NCBI RefSeq assembly: GCF_009914755.1
Contig: NC_060928.1
DNA from: the human T2T-CHM13v2.0 reference genome, Homo sapiens
Direction: 5' to 3' (one strand)
DNA: 64,000 nt
The notes under the pieces: generated by a model
Databases searched by the model: none
Told to the model about the DNA's origin: nothing
The model's input: only the letters and a program-made list of their open reading frames with translations
Translations under genes and position numbers: made by a program
Shown here: positions 43,201 through 57,118 of the stretch, in pieces
How the letters are laid out: every line of letters starts with the position of its first letter
Position numbering within the stretch: the first letter of the stretch is position 1

Positions 43201-46200
43201 GATCTTTTATATTTTTGTTTCAATTTTATTTAGTTCTGCTTTGATCTTTATTATTTCTTATTTTTCCTTTTTATTTTTTTAATTTTACTTTAAGTTCTGG
43301 GATACATGTGCTGAATGTGCAGGTTTGATACATAGGTATACATGTGCCATGGTGGTTTGCTGCACCTATCCATCCAACATCTAGGACAAATACCCCTCGT
43401 GCATTAGGTATTTATCCTAATGCTCTCCCTCCATTTGCCCCCCATTCCCTGACAGGCCCCAGTATGTAATGTTCCCCTCCCTGTGTCCATGTGTTCTCTC
43501 ATTGTTCAACTTATGAGTGAGAACATGTGGTGTCTGGTTTTCTGTTCCTGTGTTTGTTTGCTGAGAATGATGGTTTTCAGCTTCATCCGTGTCCCTGCAA
43601 AGGACATGAACTCATTCTTTTTTATGACTGCATAGTATTCCATGGTATATATGTGCCACATTTTCTTTATCCAGTTTATTATTGATGGGCATTTGGGTTG
43701 GTTCCAAGTCTTTGCTATTGTAAATAGTGGGGCAGTAAGCATACATGTGCATGTGTCTTTACAGTGGAATGATTTATAATCTTTTGGGTATATACCCAGT
43801 AATGAGATTGCTGAGACAAATGATATTTCTGATTCTATATCCTTGAGGCATCGCCACACTGTCTTCCACAGTGGTATAACTAAATTTACACTCCCACTCC
43901 AACACTGTAAAAGTGTTCCTATTTCTCCACATCCTCGTCAGCATCTGTTGTTTCCAGACTTTTTAATGACCACCATTCTAACTGGCATGAGATGATATCT
44001 CATTGAGGCTTTGATTTGCATTTCTCTAATGACCAGTGATGATGAGCTTTTTTTCATATGTTTGGTGGCTGCATAAATGTCTTCTTTTGAGAAGTGTCTG
44101 TTCATATCCTTTGCCCACTTTTTGATAGGGTTTTTTTTTTTTTTTTGGAAATTTGTTTAAGTTTCTGGTAGATTCTGGAAGTTAGACCTTTGTCAGATGG
44201 ATAGATTGTAAAAAGTTTCTCCCATTCTATAGGTTGTTTGTTCACTCTGATGATAGTTTCTTTTGCTGTGCAGAAGCTCTTTAGTTTAATTAGATCCCAT
44301 TTGTGAATTTTGGCTTTTGTTGCCATTGCTTTTGGTGTTTTAATCATGAAGTCTTTGCCAATACCTATGTCCTGAATGGTATTGCCTAGGTTTTCTTCTA
44401 GGGTTTTTATGGTTTTAGGTTTTAAATTTAAATCTTTAATCCATCTTGAGTTAATTTTTGTATAAGGTATAAGGAAGGGGTCCAGTTTCAGTTTTCTGCA
44501 TATGGCTAGCCAGTTTTCCCAACACCATTTATTAAATATGGAATCCTTTCCCCATTACTTTTTGTCAGGTTTGTTAAAGATCAGATGGTTGTAGATGTGT
44601 GGTATTATTTCTGAGGCCTCTGTTCTGTTCCATTGACCTATATATCTGTTATGGTATCATTACCATGCTGTTTTGGTTACTGTAGACTTGTAGTTTAGTT
44701 TAAAGTCAGGTAGGGTGATGCCTCCAGCTTTGTTCTTTTTGCTTATGATTGTCTTGGCTATACAGGCTCTTTTGTGGTTCCATGTGAAATTTAAAGTAGT
44801 TTTTTTTCTAATTCTGTGAAGAAAGTCAATGGTAGCTTGATGGGAATAGCATTGAATTTATAAATTACTTTTGGCAGTATGGCCATTTTCACGATATTGA
44901 TTCTTCCTATCCATAAACATGGAATGTTTTTCCATCTTTTTTTCTCTCTTATTTCTTTGAGCAGTGGTTTGTAGTTCTCCTTGAAAAGATCCTTCATGTT
45001 CCTTGTAAGTTGTATTCCTAGGTGTTGTATTCTCTTTATAGCAATTGTGAATGGGAGTTCACTCATGATTTGACTCTCTGCTTGTTTATTATTGGTGTAT
45101 AGGAATGTTTGTAATTTTTTATTTCTTTTCTTCTGCTAGCTTTGGGTTGGATTTGTTCTTGTTTGTCTAGTTCCTTGCAGTGTGACATTGGGTTGATAAT
45201 TTGTGATTTTTCAGGCTTTTCGATACAGACATTTAGTGCTACAAACTTTCCTCTTAAAATTGCTTTTGCTTTATCTTAGAAATTATGATAATGTTTCTCA
45301 CTATTATCATTCATTTCAAGTAATTTTTAAATTTTCATTGTTAACCCAAAAATCATTCAGAAGCAGATTGTCCAATTTCCATATATATGTTTAGCTTCTA
45401 GAGTTCCTTTTTGAGTTGATTTCTAGTTTTATTCCACTGTGGTCTATAAAGATACTTGATAAAATATCAAGTTTTTAAAATTTATTGAGACTTCATTTGT
45501 AGCCTATCATGTGATTTATCTTGGATAATGTTTCATGTGTTGTTGAATAGAATGTATATTCCACAGCTGTTGCATAGAAAGTTCTGTAAATATCTGTTAA
45601 CTTCATTTGTTTTAGGGTATAGTTTAAGTATACTATTTCTTTGTTGTCTTTCTGCCCCACTAATCTATCTAGTGCTGTCAGTGGAGTGTTGAAGTCCTCC
45701 ACTATTATTTTGTTGCCATCTCGTTTGTTAGGCCTAGTTCTAATTCTTTTATTAATCTGTAAGCTCCTCACTTAGGGGCATATATATTTAGGATGGTGAT
45801 GTCTTCTTATTGTATTGATCCTTTTATAATTATATGATGACCATTTTTGTCTTTGTTTTATAATGTTAATTGCTTTAAAGTCAGTTTTATTGGATATAAG
45901 AATAGTTACTCCTGCTCGCTTTTGGTTTCCATTTGCATGGAATTTATTTTTCACCCCTTTACCTTGAGTTTATATGAGTCCATATATATGAGGTAAGTCT
46001 CTTGAAAACAGCAGATATTTGGTTTGTGACTTTTTATATCCATTCTGCCAATCTGTAACTTTTAAGTGGAGCATTTAAACTATTTACATTCAATGTTAAT
46101 ATTGATATGTGAGGTACTGCTCCAGTCATTATGTTGATTGTTACCTAGATATTTTGCTTTTTTACAGGCCCTGTGAATTTTATGCTTTCAAGCGATTCTA

Positions 46201-49200
46201 TTCTGATGGATATTAACATTTTGTTTCAAGATTTAGAACTCTTTTTAGCAGTTCTTACACGGATTGTCTGCTAGTAGCAAATTCCTTCAGCATTTCCTTG
46301 TCTTAAAAAGACTGTATTTCTCCTTCATTCATAAAACTTGGCTGAAAGTTATTCTGTTTAAGGAGACAAAAGATAGGACCCCAATTTCTTCTGGCTTGTA
46401 AGGTTTCTGCTGAGAAGTCTGCTGTTAGTCTGATAACTTTTCCTTTATAGGTTACCTAATGCGTTTATCTCCTTGCTCTTGTAATTCTTTCCTTCAGCTT
46501 GACTTTGGGTAGTCTGAAGACTGTATGTCTTGGTGATGTCCTTTTTGCAATGAATCTCCCAGGAATTCTTTGAACTTCCTGTATGTGAATATCTAAATCT
46601 CTAACAAGACCAGGGAATTTTTTTCTCAATTATTCCCTCAAATAAGTTTTCCAAATTTTTGCTTTCTCACATCCCTAAGGAACACCAATTATTCTTAGGT
46701 TTAGCTGCTTTCCTAATTCCATATTTCCTGGAGATTTGTTCATTCTTTAGATTCATTTTCTTTATTTTTGTCTCATTGGGTTAGTTCAGAAGCCTTCTCT
46801 TCAAGCTCTGAAATTCTCTCTTCCACGTGGTCTGTTCTTAAAAATTTCCACTGAATTTTGTAATTCCTTAAATGTACTTCATTTCAAAAAGTTTTTATTG
46901 TTTTTTGTTTAAATATCTATCCTTTTAGAAAATTTTTTATTCATATCCTGATTTTTAAACATTTTTTTATATTGTTTTTCACCCTTCTCTTGTATCTCTT
47001 TAAGTGGCTTAATAATCACCCTTTTGAATTCTTTTTCTGGTATGTCAAAGATTTCACCTTGGTTTGGATCCATTGCTGGAGACCTGGTATGATCTTTTGG
47101 AAATGTTATAGAATCCTATTTTGTCATATTGCCAGAATTATTTTTCTGGTTCTTTCTCATTTGGGTAGACAATTTCTTCTAATTATTCTTAAATTTATTT
47201 TTGATTCCACTGTGTTTTTTTAATTGTTTTTCTCCCTTAAAGATGTGACTTTAATGTTTAGTTTATTGTATCCTATTTCTGCTCTTGGTACTTTTAGGGG
47301 TGAAGACTCTATATGTTTCTTGTATGATGGCTGTCTCAGAAGATAGTTGTAGTAGCAATGTGCTTGGTGTGTGAGCAAGTTCACTGTCTCCTGTGGGATT
47401 GGAGTGGTAGAGGTCTCTCAAAGTTTATCTCATTCTGTGAATGGGCACTTTTTTACCCTGTATTTTATTTACTGGTTTGAATCGTTCAGGCTTCAGGCCA
47501 GTAGGGAAGGTGTCCCTGAGTGGAAACTGGTTGTAGCTAAAGAAGGCAGATAAATGCCATACTCATGGGTGGGCAGAGGTCCCAGCTTTGACATAGGTCC
47601 CTGGAGAAGCTCTCAGTGAAATACACTGAGGTCTCATTGGGGGAAAGGTTGGAACCTCCTCAGCTCCCCTGCCAGGCCAGTGGGGAAGTTATCTAGCTCC
47701 TAGTCATACTCCTGACCCAGAGTTCTGGCTATTCAGATCATATGGACAGTTCTTTTCATCTGTAGAAATGTTGATGTTCCACATAGAAAGGAATTATGAT
47801 TCTACCCCTTGTGCAAGCTTGAACTTGGAGAACACCTCTTCTGTTCGGATGCGGTCACTTTGAAGTGTTCCAGAACAGCTGTCTGCAAGTGTTCCCATAC
47901 CTAGCTCCTGTGGGGAAAGCCCCAGCTGTATCTGCCCAGATAGATGAGAAGGAAAAGAAGTCCCCTTCTCCAAGATATTTTACAAGCACCAGGGCTGCCT
48001 GCCTTGTCTTACAGCTGCAAACTTTCCCTGCTGAGCCTAGTACTGCACCCGTGCCTCTGCTGAAAGAATTTTTCCACAAGCAGAAATTTCTGGGACTCAA
48101 GGCCTTCCACCTGGATTTTTTTTATCCCAAGGGGTGCTCCCTTGATATGGTATACTCTCCCTTCCCCTAGAAGTAGGAGTCCCTGAGAGCCAGAATACTG
48201 TTATTGCTGTTTCTCATTTGGGTCCAGCCTGGGCTGTCACACTCCAGGCTGGTGTTGAGAAATGTCTGCAAGGGATCCAGTGATGTGACTTGTCCTCAAG
48301 TCTCCCAGACACAAGTACTAGCACCAGCTCTGATGGGGATGGCAGGGGGGCAAAGTAGACTCTGTGAGATTCCTTAATTATAAATAGCCTTAGTGTGCTG
48401 GCTTTCTTAAATGCAGGTTGTAGTAGGAATGAATTGGTCATGTGGTCAGATTCAGGATCTCTTGGTTAGCCAGGGTGCTGTAAGCATTGGTGACAACTGA
48501 GGTCATGCACACATTTTCTCCTTCCTGAGTTCTGGGTTATTCTACATGGAGATGCTGTAATAAACTGTATTGGCTGGCCTCCAGCCAGAAGGTGGCACTG
48601 GCAAAAGAGCACCAGCTGCATTGGTAGCAGTGGGATTTGTGCTTGCCTTATATTATAATACAAAGGGGAGGTACCCTGGTGTCTCGGGCAATGGGTGGCG
48701 ACATAGAGCTCCCAAAAGTTTCTGTCTTTTGTGTTAAGCTACCAGGGTGAGTGGAGGGGCAGAGTTGGGTGGGGACTGGGTTAGGCAAGTTTGCTCTCTG
48801 ACTCTCCACATACAGGGCAAGCAGTGGAGCCAGTGGGGATCAGAGGGCAGTTCTCTGGCCACTCAGGTAATGTTCCAGGGAGAAGCACAGCTGTCTCTGC
48901 TACACAGAAGAGTTTGCACAGGGATTGGGGAATGGCAGGCAACAATAAGCTCCTTCCAGCTCCTATGCACTTGGCAAGGCAGGTCTCATACCCAGTGTTC
49001 CACTGTCAGCAGCTGGCTGACTTCCAGACAGTCTGTGCTTAGAAATCAAAATTGCCCCAGGACATAAACCTTTCCCATAGAGACAGCAACTTTAGCTTTC
49101 AGGCTACAACCCTCCCAGTTCTCCTGCAAAGCAGAGGCGCCATGCTCCTGCAGCACACTTCCCACTTGCCTCTCATTTCTGGTAAAGGAGCTCATTACCA

Positions 49201-49303
49201 CTCAAGATTATATTGCAAAGTTCACAATGTGAAGCTCTACACACTATTTTCTCTTTCCAACTGAGAGAGGCATGCTAACTGTGCCTCCAATTCACCTTCT
49301 TAG
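40225..49303 (-). mobile_element. Apparently full-length L1PB (L1PB3-like) with an L1PA inserted
   Basis: 3' end TTTTTGGTTACATGGATGAATTGTATAGTGGTGAAATCTGAGATTTTAGTG; RT remnant (42292-42543, [12 protein letters not shown]); EN remnant (45493-45771, IIVEDFNTPL); long GC-richer 5'UTR ending ...GCCTCCAATTCACCTTCTT. Confidence 0.9.
43260..45118 (-). mobile_element. 5'-truncated L1PA (L1PA8-like), about 1.86 kb
   Basis: TTTACTTTAAGTTCTGGGATACATGTG...TGCATTAGGTATTT 3'UTR; ORF2 C-terminal fragments; TSD TTATTTCTT (43251-43259 and 45119-45127). Confidence 0.9.
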
Positions 49304-50341
49304 AACGTATACCACATATTGAATTTTAAAACAGTAAGGTGGAAAAATAATAATCCAAAGAAATAATGGCAACAGACGAGCTTTAAAATTTAATTGTTAC
49401 TTCTGGTTTTGAAAGATATTTCAAGGGCACTCATTGTATTCCTGAAATCATGTCATATAGTAAATGTGTGCTTCTTTATTTCCTAAAGATGAGTATTTCT
49501 TCTGCCAAAATCAGATATGTGGGCCAATTTTCATTTATTGTAGCACCTGTTTTCTCTTTCTTACTCCTCGTGATATAATTATAGCTACCAGCTTATCTGT
49601 GTCTTTCAGTGCACTTAATAGAAGAGCATACTAACCTAGAAACAAAATAACAAAATCCTTGAAAGGAAGAGCAGGGAAGTAGTTAATGAGTACAGAAAGA
49701 CTCCAAACACTCAAATGATGTCTCAGAATAAAGGTAAAATGATTCCTTGTGAGTGACTATATGAGACTGACAAGCTCTACGCCCATTAATTTCCTGTTCT
49801 TTTATGTGATTTTAGAAAATTGTATGTTTTTTTCTTTCTTACTTCCCTTTTCTGTCTCAGTAGAACATTTCGTTTCTGTTTTCTTAGAAATAAATAAGAA
49901 GTCATAACACCTCTTGTGAAACGTTACAAGAAACGATTACCTGCTCTTTTATGTGATTTTTAACAAAACATACATTAATAATCAATTGATTCAGTGTATG
50001 AAAGACCACTGTTGCCAAACCCTTAACCCTATTAACCTACCACTAAGTCTTATTGGTTATTTCCTATTAGCTGTTTTTATTTCTTTTCTAATTTTGCACT
50101 TCTTTACTTTTACTACTTTACTCTGGTTCAGATCCTCACCACCATACTTTTATTCAATTGCAGTGAATTCCTAGGTGTTCTTTTTCTCTCCAGGGTTTAT
50201 ATTTTTACTCTATTCAACTTTCAACCCCCAAATTCACCTCCTCCCAAAGACACTCACATTTTAAATTCTTTTATACTTTCATAGTGAATAGAGTTCAACT
50301 TTTCCATGGTATATGACATTGATTAAAGCTTTATTTCTAAT

Positions 50342-50545
50342 CTGTGTTTGTTGGTATACTCAGAAGACCTTAAAACAAAGATTCGAAGACAATATTTGGG
50401 AAGTGATCAATGAAACAACAGTAGGGAATGAGAAGTGAGACAGAAAATGGAAGGTTGTCAATAAAGTATACTTTATCAAGAAAGTTACGGTGTGTAACTG
50501 GAGTATATTAATTCAAGTGGAGGATTCTGGGAATCAGTTTGGGTC
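50342..50545 (-). mobile_element. LTR33-like ERVL LTR fragment
   Basis: ATTTGGGAAGTGATC...GTAGGGAATGAGAAGTGAGACAG...CAATAAAG...TTATCAAG. Confidence 0.5.
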
Positions 50546-50604
50546 TGTGTTTTCCCACACAAAAGGCAAAAGACAGGATCCTTACCCATCCAATGGATAA
50601 AAAC

Positions 50605-50850
50605 AGTAGTAATGATAAGAATGATAACTTTAGTAAGTATTTAACCTTTGCAGGCTCTACACTAGGTATATTCATATGAGCTATTTCACCTAAGTTCATA
50701 GAACACATATAAGGTTTGTATTTTTATTATTCCTGTTTCACAAAGTGTGCAAAATTCAGCTGCCTTGTTCAAAGTTAAGGCTCACATTCAAAATTTCAAC
50801 ATGTATCTGCTTGGCAAATATGTGTCAGTATTTTACCACTGTATGCTGTG
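50605..50850 (-). mobile_element. MIR fragment
   Basis: AATGATAACTTTAGTAAGTATTTAACC...CAGGCTCTACACTAGG...TTATTATTCCTGTTTCACAAA. Confidence 0.5.
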
Positions 50851-53456
50851 CACTGCTTTTGGCAAATCAGCTTCAGATAGTTGCTGAAATCATAAGAAAC
50901 AACTGTCAGTTTTGTGAATTCTTAAAACATTCAGTGTCTGCATGTGACCTATCTATCTATGACTTGTTCTGTCTTCTCATTTTCTGGAATTATTTCTTAG
51001 CTTTGTCTACTTAAATTGTAAGTTTCCTTAGAGCAATAAAAATTTTGTCTATTTCATTGGTATGATATAACAGTTTTAGTTATGATGTCAATATACAGTG
51101 ATTTTCTATGATATAGTCTTTGATAATTTTATTTTTTCCATATTACTGTAAAATGGCAATGTCCCTTTCTATACAACATTTTGTAATATTCATTATTATG
51201 TCTACTATGATTCTTTTAATTTCATATCTGTTATATGTATTCTATGGTAGCTTTCAACTTAGTGGCCCTAAAGTATATGTGTATATAAAAAATATAAGTA
51301 TATATGTAAGGTAATTTATATATTATATTAAATATGTTAAAGTTAGAGTGCATTCTTAAGAATGCATAGTTTTCTTGAATCTTTGAAAGTGTTATTAAAA
51401 TTACGGATAAAAACATCTTAAGGAAACTCACATTTTATTTTTGGCACCAAGAATTTGCTATGTATCTTGGTAGTAGTCATTTTCTACAAATGTAAAGAAG
51501 CAATGCAGTAAGTGCATGAAAAAACACGTCATCAAATGACTAATAGATGTGTGAAAATTGTTTTCAAGGACTTGGCTCCTTTCCCCTGTTTAACAATGCA
51601 TATGTTATTTATAAGATAATGCAAATATTCCTACATTAATTCACCACACTACCCTTTAAAAATACGAGGAATTGTTAAATGGGGTGAAAAATGCAAGACA
51701 TTTTAAAATTAAGCTATTATGCTGAATATATGCAAATATGAATATTGCTAGCTAAAATACATTTTTAATGTTGCTTTTGAAATGTTCATTTTATTAGCGT
51801 GCATATTCCTCTAAAATCCTGCATTTAATATTGTTATTTTTGTGATAATATAGTGATATATACATAGTAGATGACTAATGTTGCACTTTAGCATATCAGA
51901 CAGAAGGAAACATTTCTCAGATTTGGAGCCATTTTAAAATAGCAATGAAATAACCATAGTATAATTGTTTTCTTCTATATTTGTGTGGCTTGGATGGTCA
52001 ATAAATACTGATTTAAGTCTTGAAAACAGTTGACAGTATGGGTTCCCTGGACCAAATCTATTTCCAAGAAAAGGTATTTTCAAAGAAAAATTAGCTGCAA
52101 AATAAAATTTCTTTTTAGTGACATTGGTGTAATATTTGCTTCATTCCCATCCCCAGCATCTTTTCAGACACACAATGCTGTAATCATAGTGCTGGAAAGT
52201 GAGCTAAAATGTTATCACTATGAGAGCTGGAGTTTTGCCTATTTGTTCTTTGTTGCAGCCCTAATACTTAATATGCTCCCTGAAATACAGTATGTATCTA
52301 ATATATATAGTTGAGTGACTATTTATTGAAAAAGATGCATTCAAATATATGCTTGATTAATACTACTGGATGCATGCCCTTTAAAGTGGTCCTGTCGGTA
52401 AACCTTTTTCGACCAATTATTTTTCATTCCTCTCCATTTACGCATTTTTAAGCACATATTGTTTGAATATTTACTTTACATAATGCACTATTATAACCCC
52501 TGGAGATACAGTACCGAGCTAAATTAACAAACATCCTCAGACTCATAGTTTACAATCCATTGCAGGGATACTGGCCAAAGAAAAAAAATGGTGGTCATAT
52601 ATGTAAGGAAAAATACAGCAGAGAAAGACAGTGTCAGGGACAGGAGATACGAATTTTAAGGTGGAGATCTTAAGGCCATTAAGGAGGAGACCATTGAGTA
52701 AATACCTAAATGAACTATGCTGTCCACAACTGGAAGTCCTGGAAGTTGAGAGGATTGGGGTTGATGAGAGTCTAGGTCCTGAAAGGAAGATATGGGTGAC
52801 ACTCTTCCACATCTCCTATTTGGCCTCCAAAGTTAATGTCCTTGCTTTTTTCCTACATTTTATTTGCACTGAAAAAGAAAGGGGGAGCACAAAGCTCAGA
52901 GAATTAGCTAACACTCTGGATAATATTATAAAAACACATGATCTTAATAGTTAGATGCTGAAATGAGTAGAATGATAAGAAGTATGAGTGCAAAGTATGA
53001 AACTTAGACTGAAAAACTACATTGTAAAAATAAGATAGCTTAATGGCAAAACACACAAATATCCTGTTTGCTGGATATTAGATATGAAACTAGAAAAATT
53101 ACTCTAGAGCCTTCACTTTGAACTACCAAACCATACTGCCTCTCAGTTTAAACAAGCCCATATGTAACCTTAGCTCAATGAAACCTTGGTCAAATTACCT
53201 CTGGACCAATTTAAGAGTGTTCCCAAATTTCTGTTTGTATTCTACCACATTCATATTTCTTATTTGTATGAGGTGATATAGGCACTTTAAGGGTATTGGG
53301 GTTATATTAATTTCACTTTTTACTGTGGTCATTATTATGCTAGTATAGTATAGTATCTTGTACACAGGGCATTACATAATTTTTATTTTATTGGTTTGGA
53401 GGTGAGTACATGTGTTTTCCTTTTATCATTGTTCTGTAAGCATACATATACATTAT

Positions 53457-53512
53457 TGTATTAGGTCATTCTTGAATAGCTACAAAGAAATACCTGAGAC
53501 TGGGTAATTTAT
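53457..53512 (-). mobile_element. 56-bp terminal stub of an MST/THE1 MaLR LTR
   Basis: TGTATTAGGTCATTCTTGAATAGCTACAAAGAAATACCTGAGACTGGGTAATTTAT, similar to the LTR ends at 35722 and 37714. Confidence 0.8.
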
Positions 53513-53599
53513 CTATATTAATTATTACTACTATTTCGTATGAATACCATATTTAATAATGAAAGAAAAGAATAACAAACCAATAAGTAAAACAAGAAA

Positions 53600-54030
53600 G
53601 TATAATTTCCTGTAACCCTAGCTTTCAGAGATAACTATCACTGAGTTTTTGGATTAAATTTTTGTGTGTGTATCAAAAAATATTATGCAGTATATAGACT
53701 CTGTAATTTGCTTTTCCTCCACTTTCCATGCCATGAATGTGTTCCTATGTCAATAAACTTTTGTTAACAGTATTAGCTCTAGTAACTGAACAGTATTCTA
53801 TTCGATGGATTTATCATAAAATATTCAATAATGGATGTATTACTTATTCTTTCACTATTGCTGGACATGGAAACTTGTTTCAATTTTTGTTTCTACTATA
53901 ATGCTTTAATAAGCAATCTCAAAGTTAAAGATTTTTGTTCATCCCTATTATTTCCTTAGGATACATTCTTAGGTATCTAATTGTTGAGTCAAAGTAGATC
54001 AATATTTTCAAGGCTTATTTTTAACATCAC
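53600..54030 (-). mobile_element. Ancient L1 (L1ME-like) 3' fragment
   Basis: CTGTAATTTGCTTTT; AGTATTCTATT; TTATTTCCTTAGGATACATTCTTAG...AATTGTTGAGTCAAAG. Confidence 0.65.
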
Positions 54031-54171
54031 TAGTTGCAGGTATTATTGCTAAAGCTTGAACACTCCAGAATTTCTATCAGCATTTTAACTCTCTCTTATA
54101 TAATTGAAGTCCACGTAAACTCAGAGTAAAATAGCAATACCTAATACTGAATAGTTAACATTCATTGAATT

Positions 54172-54476
54172 CTATAGTGGGTCCAGTGTGGAGCATCCAA
54201 GATCTTCCCTTTAGGACTTCAGGGCTTATTCTTCCAGCTGCTGGGACAGTTGCCAGTATTACCTCTTGGTTATCAACAGGTTTTGGAAATAGTTGGTGGT
54301 AGAAGACCATCAGCTGATGTTGGGTTCTAAAATACCAGCTTTTACTAGTGAGGTAGACTTAAGTCTTTTTCTGACTACTACCCTTCTTTCAATTTTTCTA
54401 TAAATGTTCATCCTAAAAACTACTACATGCCAATCTCTGTCTCAGAGCTGATTTCCTGTGGGCCCAGCTTGCAACA
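54172..54476 (+). mobile_element. LTR16A-like ERVL LTR, inserted in a MIR
   Basis: CCCTTTAGGACT...CCAGCTGCTGGGA; 3' end CATGCCAATCTCTGTCTCAGAGCTGATTTCCTGTGGGCCCAGCTTGCAACA. Confidence 0.6.
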
Positions 54477-54479
54477 AGG

Positions 54480-54700
54480 ACCTATCGTGGACTGAATACA
54501 TGTTGTGTTTTAGATCCATTACATCATTTACTCTTATAAATACCTTTGTGAGATAAGTGGTATTGTTATTTTGACCTTACAGATAAAGTAATCTCAGCTG
54601 TTCAAATAGCATGCTCTAGGGCAAGTCATATAACTGGTGGAGACAGGATTCAAAAAGAGAAATCTTATTCCAAAGCCCATGTTCTACACGACACACTATG
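54480..54700 (-). mobile_element. MIR SINE
   Basis: CATCATTTACTCTTATAAATACCTTTGTGAGATAAGTGGTATTGTTATT...TTACAGATAAAG...GGATTCAAA. Confidence 0.6.
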
Positions 54701-56360
54701 TTTCCTCCAGACTCAGCCTGAGAAATGCAGATTGATAACCTTAGTCATTGTGAACAGTTGTTCATGATTCATTGTCATCCAGGCTGATTTAAAGGTTTTT
54801 CTGGTCTTTATGTCTTTGCACATTGATTTTTATTTAGCTCTTTCTATATACATCAAATACTATCACTAGACCATAAGCTCCATAGGGAAGTTAGTAGCAT
54901 CACACCTGATACTTACGGGTGCTATGTGAGTAAACTGCACTGGAATGAGTGAATGAATATACTTGCTCATCTTTATTTAGGTTTAGTCATGCAAAGTCAG
55001 GCTTCTATTCTGGTCTAGACAGACTTTGATTCGGCTATCATGGAAAAAGTTGTTAAATAATCATTCTTTCCTTCATGTCCACTCAGATAAACAGTGTGCT
55101 ATTTTATTACTAAAGAAATTTTATGGATAACAAATTTTATTGTGTGGCTGAGTTTTGTATACATTAATATTTCCCTCTTTCTTAAACTTTCTACTCTATA
55201 GTTTCAATATAGAGTCCTTTATTTAAAAAGTATACAAATACTGTTACTATTTTTCACTTCATATATTTTAATCATGTCCATTTTCAGCTGTTATCTTTTA
55301 GCTCAACCATACAACAAAAAGATTCCAGCTGTCTGGAAATATTCAGACACTATATTAGCTATTAAGTATTCCAATTTTTTTAAAAAAGTATAGCCTTACT
55401 ATAAAATATTTTACAAAATTTCCCTTTTAAAAATTATTTTTACTTTTTATACAAACTACTACATCAGATTTTAAAAACCGATGAACTATACACTGTTTTA
55501 GTCTGTCACAAAAGTTTGTTTTGGAGATACTTCAAATTGTATTTCTGTCTTTTCCAACAGTACTTTCAAAAATATTTATTATCTTATAGGACAATATAAT
55601 AATAAAATTTGTCTTAATAGTTTGGAACTATATTAGGTAGATAAGACTTTTGAAAATAATTCTATACAAATGTTATTGGATATTGCCTGAATGATTGGCT
55701 ACTAATCTCAATTTGTAAGAGCCAGCCAATTCAAAATATTTATACATGAAGGAAAACAATTATTATGTGGCTATAAAGCAAAGTTTGGCTGTTAAATAAA
55801 ATTATGTTTTTAAGAGAATTTAAATTTGAGCATGAATTAAGAATTTCAAACAGAAAAAAACTAAGAGGAAACAAAAGGAACCAGTCCAAGTCAATGATCC
55901 AGCACTAAAGCAGGCCACTATTGTTGGTTTTGCTCATGAACGCTCTGCCAGTTGCAACCCTGGAACTCAGTGCTGTACCCTCCACCAGTGTCTGGATGTT
56001 CAACTATTCCCTTGATGCCTTGCCTTACATCAGATATTCCACTTTTCATTATATCCAATGTGTATTTTTTTCCAATAATTTCTCATTAATTTTGTTCATT
56101 TTTGTAGTGTGTTTCTTGTCATCAAAACAACCCAACAGAAAAATAGGTGGCATAGTAAGTGTATGATTAAATGTTATCTGTTTAGAACATGATATTTTAT
56201 TGCAAAGGTAAATTTTACATGTAAATAAAACTAGTGATGATTGCATGAATATTTTCTATAAAAGAAAAAATCTAGTTATGGATAATGCAGTTAGATTCCA
56301 TCTGGAATCACTAATTTAACATCTAAAGAGTTATCAGGAATCGCTACTGATGAAGGGCAG

Positions 56361-56598
56361 TGTATTTGTTTCCTGAGGATGCTGTAAGAAATTATCACAA
56401 ACTGTGTGCCTTAAAATAATAAAATGATATTTTTTCACATTTCTGAAGGCCAGAAGTCTGCAATCAAGGTATATCAGCAGGACCAGCTCCCGCCAGAGAC
56501 ACTAAGAGGGAATCTTTTAACTTTCACTTTCTGGAGCTGCACGTGTATCTTGACTTGTGGCCACAGTCACTCTAATCTCTGCTTCTGCCATCACATTG
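56361..56598 (-). mobile_element. MLT1 (B/C/D-like) MaLR LTR fragment
   Basis: TGTATTTGTTTCCTGAGGATGCTGTAAGAAATTATCACAAACT...TTCTGAAGGCCAGAAGTCTGCAATCAAGGT. Confidence 0.75.
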
Positions 56599-56904
56599 AT
56601 GTTTGAAAGACGATGAAAGGTTTGGTGAGTCATTACTGAGATCTTCCATTCTCACCTTGTCATGCTGCATTTAGACTAAAATCCCTTAAATTGAGTGACC
56701 ATAAACCACTTTAGGCTTGGGATATTAATTTAAGGTTTATATTCCCTTTGATTTGAAGGAGTCCATGGATTCTTTTCTTTCTAAAGGTAAAACAAACAAC
56801 ATTTAGAAATATATGTTTTAGTAATAGTAATTTCACTTTTAAAAATACATAGTTGATCAGGTAATAGTTACTTGCTTTGATATCAGCAAAATTTAAAGTA
56901 ATAT

Positions 56905-57118
56905 TGAGAGGTGACAACGTGCTAGCAGCTCTCGCTCGCTCTTGGCACCTCCTCGGCCTCGGAGTCCACTCTGACCGTGCTTGAGGAGCCCGTCAGCCCA
57001 CTGCTGCACTGTGGAAGCCCCTCTCTGGGCTGGCCAAGGCCGGAGCCGGCTCCCTCTGCTTGAGGGGAGGTGTGGAGGGAGAGGCATGAGCGGGAACTGG
57101 GGCTGCCACAGCGCTCGC
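56905..57118 (+). mobile_element. LTR12 (C/D/E-type, ERV9), 5' ~215 bp only
   Basis: TGAGAGGTGACAACGTGCTAGCAG...CTCGCTCGCTC...GAGGAGCCC...GGCCAAGGCCGGAGCCGGCTCCCTC; GC/CpG rich. Confidence 0.9.

Noticed and set aside
40225-49303. Retrotransposition-competent L1
   Set aside because: ORF1 and ORF2 are fragmented by many stops and frameshifts and interrupted by another L1
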